64,000 nt of DNA from Octopus vulgaris. Its lineage: Eukaryota. The notes below the pieces were generated by a model. That model was not told the origin of the DNA. It did no database searches and saw only the letters and a list, made by a program, of their open reading frames with translations. Shown piece after piece: positions 56,255 to 64,000 of this stretch. The position numbers were made by a program, and so were the translations under genes. Positions within the stretch are counted from its first letter, which is position 1; each line of letters starts with the position of its first letter. Where the stretch lies: positions 35,836,001 to 35,900,000 of the forward strand of contig OX597828.1 in the NCBI GenBank assembly GCA_951406725.2, given 5' to 3'.

Positions 56255-56847
56255 GTGATAATAATAATAATTTATTTACAAATAATGAATAGTTTTAAGT
56301 GCAAGTATAAGTTAAGAAGTGCTACTTTTAATACATTCTTTGCACAAACACTAATTTGTGAATTAAAATAAGCATTTTTTTACAGGATTTTCATTGAATT
56401 TTTGTTTTGTTTTGTTTTATAATTATCTTTTGTTCTAGAATGATTTTGTGGTTCTTGTTTTCTTTATTCAACCACCAGCTGCAATGATGACCTTCTACGA
56501 TGGACTAACAGACGAAGACTTGCCTAAATAATTTACAATAGTAAATTTCAGTTATTGTTAATCAGTTTTTATTACTGTGGTTTGTAATTAAGAAGGAAAT
56601 ATGAGAAAGGGAGACAGTGTGAGGGAGAGAGGGGGGGGAAGAAAGAGTGGAAGGATGAGAGACATGGAGAAAGAGAAAGGGTGAGAGAAAGAGTCAGAAA
56701 CAGAGAATTTCTCAAGAGTTTTCTTATATTCTTAAAATGACTCTTCTGTTTCTACTTTTTGTATTCTTTATCCTGTGAAATTTCTGAATTTATGTTTGTG
56801 TGTGCATGTTTTTGTAGGAATATATATATATATATATATATGTATAC

Positions 56848-57013
<166 letters not shown>

Positions 57014-57103
57014 AGAATTCACAAAAAAAAAAACAAAAGGTAAAGACAGGTGGTGTAGACAACAAACAGATGCATTAGTATAACGCTCGGGAAGTGAAAA
57101 ACT

Positions 57104-57139
57104 CTTTAACGTTTTGAGCCTACGCTCTTCCACAGAAAG
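57104..57139 (-). ncRNA. Hammerhead-like motif with variant core (CUGUNRA-A)
   Basis: cttt-CTGTGGAA-gagc(gtag)gctc-AAAA-cg-TT-aaag. Confidence 0.5.
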
Positions 57140-57785
57140 GAGCACAGAAAGAAACAAGGAGAGAAAATAAAGAATGTGTAGTGGAGTGGCTAGCGATCTA
57201 TCATGGCAAATGCTGGACAGAGGGATCAGACAGGAGAGCTAGGGAGAAGGGGAGATAATAAAGTGGTGGTAATCCCAAAACGAAGGTGCGTGTGCGTGTG
57301 TATAAGAGTTTGTATGTGCATGTGAAAGAGAGCTGGTGATCTTGACGTGTGTGTGTGTGTGTGTGTGTGTGTAGGTGTGAAAATGTGGGTCTGGGAAGTG
57401 GTCAGTGCTGATGTGTGCGTGGTGGTGTGTTGTGATGGGATGGGATGGGTTGTGTGGTATGGTGGTGTAAGGTGTAGTGGTGTGTGGTGTGGTGTGGTGG
57501 TGTTGGGAGGTGGGGGAGGCGGGAGTGGGGAAAGCAAGGGTGGGTGTGGGTTAGGCTGAGGGTGGGGATAAAGGTGGGGGTATGTGGGAGTGGGTGTAAG
57601 GGGTGGGGTGGGATGGGGAAGGTGGGGTTGAAATGTGTGGGGGTGAGGTGGGCTTATGAGGGATGTGTGACGATGAAGAGAGGAAGGAGAAGGTGGGTAG
57701 GAGTGAAGAGAAGAGCAAAGGAGAGTAGGAGTGAAGAGGTATTAGTTAATAGTAGGAGATGGATTTCATATTAGACTTTCATTAG

Positions 57786-57830
57786 GTACAACATATGTTC
57801 CGACCCATCAATCTGGGTCTCTTCAGGTGC
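57786..57830 (-). ncRNA. Minimal hammerhead motif with one core substitution
   Basis: gcac-CTGAAGA-gaccc(agattgat)gggtc-GGAA-catatg-TT-gtac. Confidence 0.65.
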
Positions 57831-58137
57831 ATTGATAAAGAAGTCTCACTAGAGATTTTTAGTGTTGGCTGGCTTGTTGTTATAGGCCCATCATGTTAGG
57901 GGACAAATAAAAGCAAATAGTATTATAGAAACACGAAACAATTCAAATATGAATATGGAAATCCCGCATTCCAATTTATATAAAAAAACAACTGCGGACA
58001 ACAACAGGTAGTTTAAACTGTGCCAGTGCTCTGCTCAACATTTAAACATACTAATTGACTTAACTTATTTGTCCAAATCATTTATTATTATTATTATTAT
58101 TATTATATTATTATCATTATTAGATAGACAGACAGAC

Positions 58138-58214
<77 letters not shown>

Positions 58215-58787
58215 TAAATATTGTATGTAGGAAGGGCATCCAGCTGTAGAAACCATGCCAAAACAGACAGGGAGCATGAACAGCCCTTTAGCTGGTCACC
58301 TCGTAGTAAACCGTCCAGCCCATACCACCATGGAAAGTAAATGTAAAGCAATACTGAAACACTGATGATGATGATGATGATTTTTAATTAAAATATTTGC
58401 TCTTACAAGACTAGTTCAGTTTCCTTCACCAAGAATTCAGCTGAGAGTGTAAGAACAATAGGTTATGGATGTGTGTGTATATGTAAATGTGTGTGTATGT
58501 AGATATATATATATATATATATATATATATTACATTATATTATATAAATATTTGTATATATATATATATATATATATATATACAAATGCATGTGTATGTA
58601 TTTATATTTATATTCACACACACACATATATATATGCATATATATTTGTGTAAAGTCATACTCAACATGTCAGAATGCACTTGGATGTGAAAAGACCTTG
58701 CACTGTGGAGATAGTTCCAGGATCAAATTCTACTCTTAGACATATTAGAACATACATATTGTATGTGTGTATGTGTATGTGTGTGAG

Positions 58788-58818
<31 letters not shown>

Positions 58819-58901
58819 TTAACTGTTCATTGAATGATAGAAGACCAGCCAACAGGATCAAGTATTTAGTTACAGTAGAGTCCATGAGTATATATATATA
58901 C

Positions 58902-58956
<55 letters not shown>

Positions 58957-59363
58957 TTATTAATTATATAAAAGGGCTTAGTAAAATAAATTACTTCGCA
59001 TACTGAACTCATTAGAAATAGCAGCTAAAAACTTTTTTAAAGCTATTTCTAATACTTAAGAAAATCTCTCTCATATATAGCGTTTGCTTAATTTAACTCA
59101 CAAAAGTTTGGGGGTAAGGACATTAAAAATCAAATGCTAAGGTTATTTGAGTACGTACGTTTCAAGATTAGTCAAAACAACATTTCTCTCTTCAGCTCAT
59201 AAATTCCTTGGTTTGGATTTGGAAACACTGAAAGTAAGAACATACCCTTTCGAAGATCCGCTCTTAACTAACAGTGCCAGCAAACCCAAATAAGCAAGTG
59301 AATCATTTCTGTTCTCCCCTTTCCACCAGCGTGGGTTAAAATCATCAAACGTATATATATGTA

Positions 59364-59399
<36 letters not shown>

Positions 59400-59594
59400 T
59401 GTATATATAATGTATGCATAAATATATGTATGTATATATTCACTCTGATAGAATAACTGTTCAAGCTTCACCGCCTCATTTCTGTTTTGTAATTTAGTGG
59501 TTATGGACAGCAAAGCTTTATTTGAAACAAAGATTTATGAGATCAATCCCAGCCTTTGTACATGTACATGATTATTAGAGTAGCATTTAAAAAT

Positions 59595-59690
59595 TCTAAT
59601 TCCCAGCCACAGGACATCTTCATCAAGCTGTACAAATCTTGCAGGATGAGGCTCGTCTTCTAGGCTGTAGTTTCCACCATTTCAATTCAA
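59595..59690 (-). mobile_element. Short mariner fragment, same family
   Basis: Reverse complement resembles 61190-61260 (gaaactacagcctagaag...cttgatgaRgaYgtcctg). Confidence 0.55.
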
Positions 59691-60865
59691 TACAATATAT
59701 AATTGCAAATTCAAAAACTGGAATAAATCCATTGATAAGAATAAAATAGCATTTTGAATAATAACTGGGCAGAATCTCATCAGGGCTTGAGTAGAAAGAG
59801 TCATATGTTTATGGATTGGATTTTATCAATTGTTTATTCTGAATCTCCTTGAGAACTACATTAAGAGTATACATGTCTGTTGAGTGCTCAGGCTGTTCAG
59901 TTGATTGGATCAGCTAGAACACCCATCATCATAACTGATGAAGTGTCAGTGTGTGTGTGTGTGTGTAAGAGAGAGATTGTATCGCCTTGTCCTGACATGA
60001 CATGATAGTTGCAAACAAATATCACCATCATACAGCAATGTCCTTTACTTCCAGTCTTCTGTAAAACATGTCTGGTCTTGGGGAAACAGTACCTTACTTG
60101 AAAACAAGTAAGGATTGGGGACAGAAAAAGTACCCAGCCATAGAAAAAATCTACCTCAAGAAATTCTGTCCAACCCATGCCAGCATGGAAAAGAGAACAT
60201 TAAAAGGATGTTGATGAATAGAAGAGGGTACCATAGTGTGGAGAGGTTTGGTGTAGGTGAAGTCTGGAATATTTCCAGGTGGATATTAATCAAAACTCGC
60301 AAAAATATATTCTAGTATTTCCAAATAAAATTGTTTGGTTGGTTCTTTATATAAAGGATGAGTTTCAGTTGCATTTTGGCTGGTTATAATCTATAATGGA
60401 AACTGGGAGATTGCCAGACTGCAGTGGTGGTGGTCACTGGTCTTGGTGTATGAGAGTGGCGGGGGCTGGTGGGAGTGGAGGTATTGTTATCACAATAACA
60501 TTAGTGGTGGTGGCAGTGGTGTAACTGGTAACAGTTGTGGTGGTGGTGGTGGTGGTGGTGGTGGTGCCAGCATTGGTAGGGTGGGGGTGGTGATGATTAT
60601 GTTGCCATTTGATGTTCTGCTACACTTTGTTGTTCATCATGTTGTGAATATTTTTGTTCCAATACTCAAAATTTCAATCAAGTCACTTGACAAACATTGC
60701 CATTCTCTTTCCCCTTACACGTATATGTGTATATGTGTGTATGTATGTATGTATGTGCATCCATGTGCACATGTACATGTGTGTGTGTGTGTTTATGTGT
60801 GTATGTGCATGCATGTGCACATATACATATATATATTATATATATATATTTATGTATAATAAATA

Positions 60866-60914
<49 letters not shown>

Positions 60915-61167
60915 GCATATATGGGTATGGGACATCACCAACAATGCAAATAACATGAAATACATAAACAACAAGAAAAAATGGAAAACAGGACAAGTAA
61001 ACAGAGAGAAAGGACCCTTCATCAGTGGTCGGCTGTCTATCTACTCCTCATTTCAAGCATTCAATGACAATATGAATCTTCAAAAACAGTTGCTTCCACA
61101 AATTCTAAAATAAAATTTAAGATTTATGGAGGGTCAAAATTGGGAACAAAATTTCTGGAACCAAATA

Positions 61168-61767
61168 GTGGTTCCAGAAATTCTGAGCCAGAAACTACAG
61201 CCTAGAAGGCAAGCCTCATCTGGGAAGATCTATAGGGCTTGATGAGGACGTCCTGCAAACCCTGGTGGAGCAGAATCACATTGTAACTGTTGAGGAATTA
61301 GCAGAGAAGCTTGCATTTGGTCATTCAACCATTCATCAACACCTGCGCTAGAAGAAAAATGACAATCTTTGGTTTCAAGACAAAAGGTGTTCTTCCATCA
61401 GAATAATGCTTGGCCACAGTGAGGACAACATTCCAAAGGCTTAGAAATTTGAATGGGAAACGATGCCCCACTCACCATATTCACCAGACATTATCCCATC
61501 TGATTATCATTTATTCCACAGTCTTCAAAATCATTTGGACAAAAAATATGAATTCTGTGGATGAGGTCAGAACAGTACTGGAGGAGTATTTTTTGTCACG
61601 GACAAGTGAACTTTGGAAGAAGGGTTTTGCAACTGTACCAGATAAATGGGAGAGCATTGTAGATAATGAAGGAGAGTATATCTTAGATTTTTAAAAAAAC
61701 TTTGTTTACCTTAATTTTGAAAAATAAAAGTATTAAAAAACCGTATAATTTATGGGATGACCCAATA
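61168..61767 (+). mobile_element. Internally deleted mariner copy of the same family
   Basis: VEQNHIVTVEELAEKL and HPYSPDIIPSDYHLF motifs; right TIR aatttatgggatgaccc-aata. Confidence 0.85.
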
Positions 61768-61823
61768 TATATGTATACATACATACATACATACATACAA
61801 ACATACATACATACATACATACA

Positions 61824-61859
<36 letters not shown>

Positions 61860-62457
61860 TGGGGTAGTGTTTGTGTGAAGGCATGTAGTTTAGAGGTATG
61901 GTGTTTTACGCTCACAATCATGAGACTGTGGGTTCAATTCCCAGATTGACAGTGCATTGTGTTCTTAGCAAAACACTTCATTTTATGTTGCTTCAGTCCA
62001 CACACCTATAAACAGGCTAGCCTTCAAACCAGGGGCAATGTTGGCCTGCTCATCTAGCTATCAGGCTGGCATCATTCAAAAGCTAAAACAATGGGAAGTG
62101 CATTGTGACCAGTGATGTATAACAACATCTCATAGCCCTGTCAATCCCATGATACTATGGTAGATGGAATACTATCATCACCGTTTTTAAGTCCACTTTT
62201 CCATACCTTGTGCTTCCTAGATATCATGTGACACTTTTAAATGAACATCAAAATCACACAAGCCAACTGCTTGTATTCAAGTTCTTTGCTTCTCACCATT
62301 TGTGAATAGCATGTTCAGCTGTGGAGAAATATTACTTCGTTTGCAAACAGGTGAGAGCTGGCATCAAGGGCAGCAGAGTGCAGAAAATATGTGTCAATGA
62401 ATTCCATTTGACCTATGCAGGCAAGTGTACATGAAAGTGTACATGAAAATGATGAAC

Positions 62458-63138
<681 letters not shown>

Positions 63139-63455
63139 TATAACTTCCCACGGTAAATATACAATTCTCTCACAATAATCAAATACATATTAAAAGAAAA
63201 ACAAAGAAAACCTATAAAAATACCACCAAGCAAAGAAGAAACCATAAAAACAACAACAATTAACCTAAAAAAATTGTTTCTTTTTCTTTCGTTTTGTTTT
63301 TATTGTTTTAAATATTTGACGTTATTAGCACTTTGGTTTACATCACATTTTTCTAGGTCTTATTTCGAAAAGATATTTTGCACTAATTTCTTTTTGAATT
63401 TTCTTATTCTTAGAAACTATGTTTTATATTTTAATATATATATATATTATGTGTA

Positions 63456-63868
63456 GCTGCAGGAGTGGGTGTGTGGTAAGTAGCTTGCTTACCAACCACA
63501 TGGTTCCGGGTTCAGTCCCACTGTGCGACATCTTGGGCAAGTGTCTTCTACTATAGCCTTGGGTTGACCAAAGCCCTGTGAATGGATTTGATAAACAAAA
63601 ACTGAAAGAAGCCCATCGTATGTGTGTGTGTATGTATGTTTATGTGTGTGTGTGAGTGTTTATGTGTCTGTGTTTGTCTCCCCCACCATTGCTTGATAAC
63701 TGATGTTGGTGTGTTTACATCCCCGTAACTTAGCAGTTCGGCAAAAGTAACCGATAAAATAAAACTAGGCTTGCAAAGAATAAGTCCTGGGGTCAATTTG
63801 TTTGAGTAAAGACAGTGCTCCAGCATGGCCACAGTCAAGTGACTGAAACAAGTAAAAGAATAAAAGAA
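63456..63868 (+). mobile_element. SINE family A; further partial copies near 3390, 4720, 31777, 34920, 37180, 48320, 49620, 51325, 54270
   Basis: Full-length match to family A. Confidence 0.85.
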
Positions 63869-64000
63869 TATATATATCTCATATATGTTAAGGTACATAG
63901 CTTAGTGGTTATGTGTGTTGTACTCACAATCTTGACATTGTGGTTTCAATTCCCAGCCCATCTGTATGTTATGCCCTTGCACAAAACACTTCACTTTACA

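Overview
AT-rich, microsatellite-dense eukaryotic DNA, most likely an octopus genome (inferred from the SINE families and the TA/CA/GATA/AAT load; not verified by search). Almost all ORFs in the supplied track are microsatellite artefacts. One real host exon is evident: a minus-strand exon (33810-32919) with both splice sites, starting a multi-PDZ protein at ATG 33707. The rest is intron or intergenic DNA holding at least three tRNA-derived SINE families, RTE-type LINE remnants, an R4/Dong-like remnant inside (TAA)n, decayed mariner/Tc1 copies, hAT and piggyBac MITEs, and a 19-copy 58-bp minisatellite. The main signal not shown by the ORF track is about a dozen minimal type-I hammerhead ribozyme motifs (CUGANGA...GAAA-palindrome-UH). 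Some are intact (41792, 50054, 50165) and many are decayed. They sit in short cassettes, usually beside (TA)n and often folded back as inverted repeats, and one such region carries a Penelope-type GIY-YIG remnant. The 58-bp minisatellite carries the same core motifs in order, but with imperfect stems. All structures were read by eye and none has been folded computationally or assayed.
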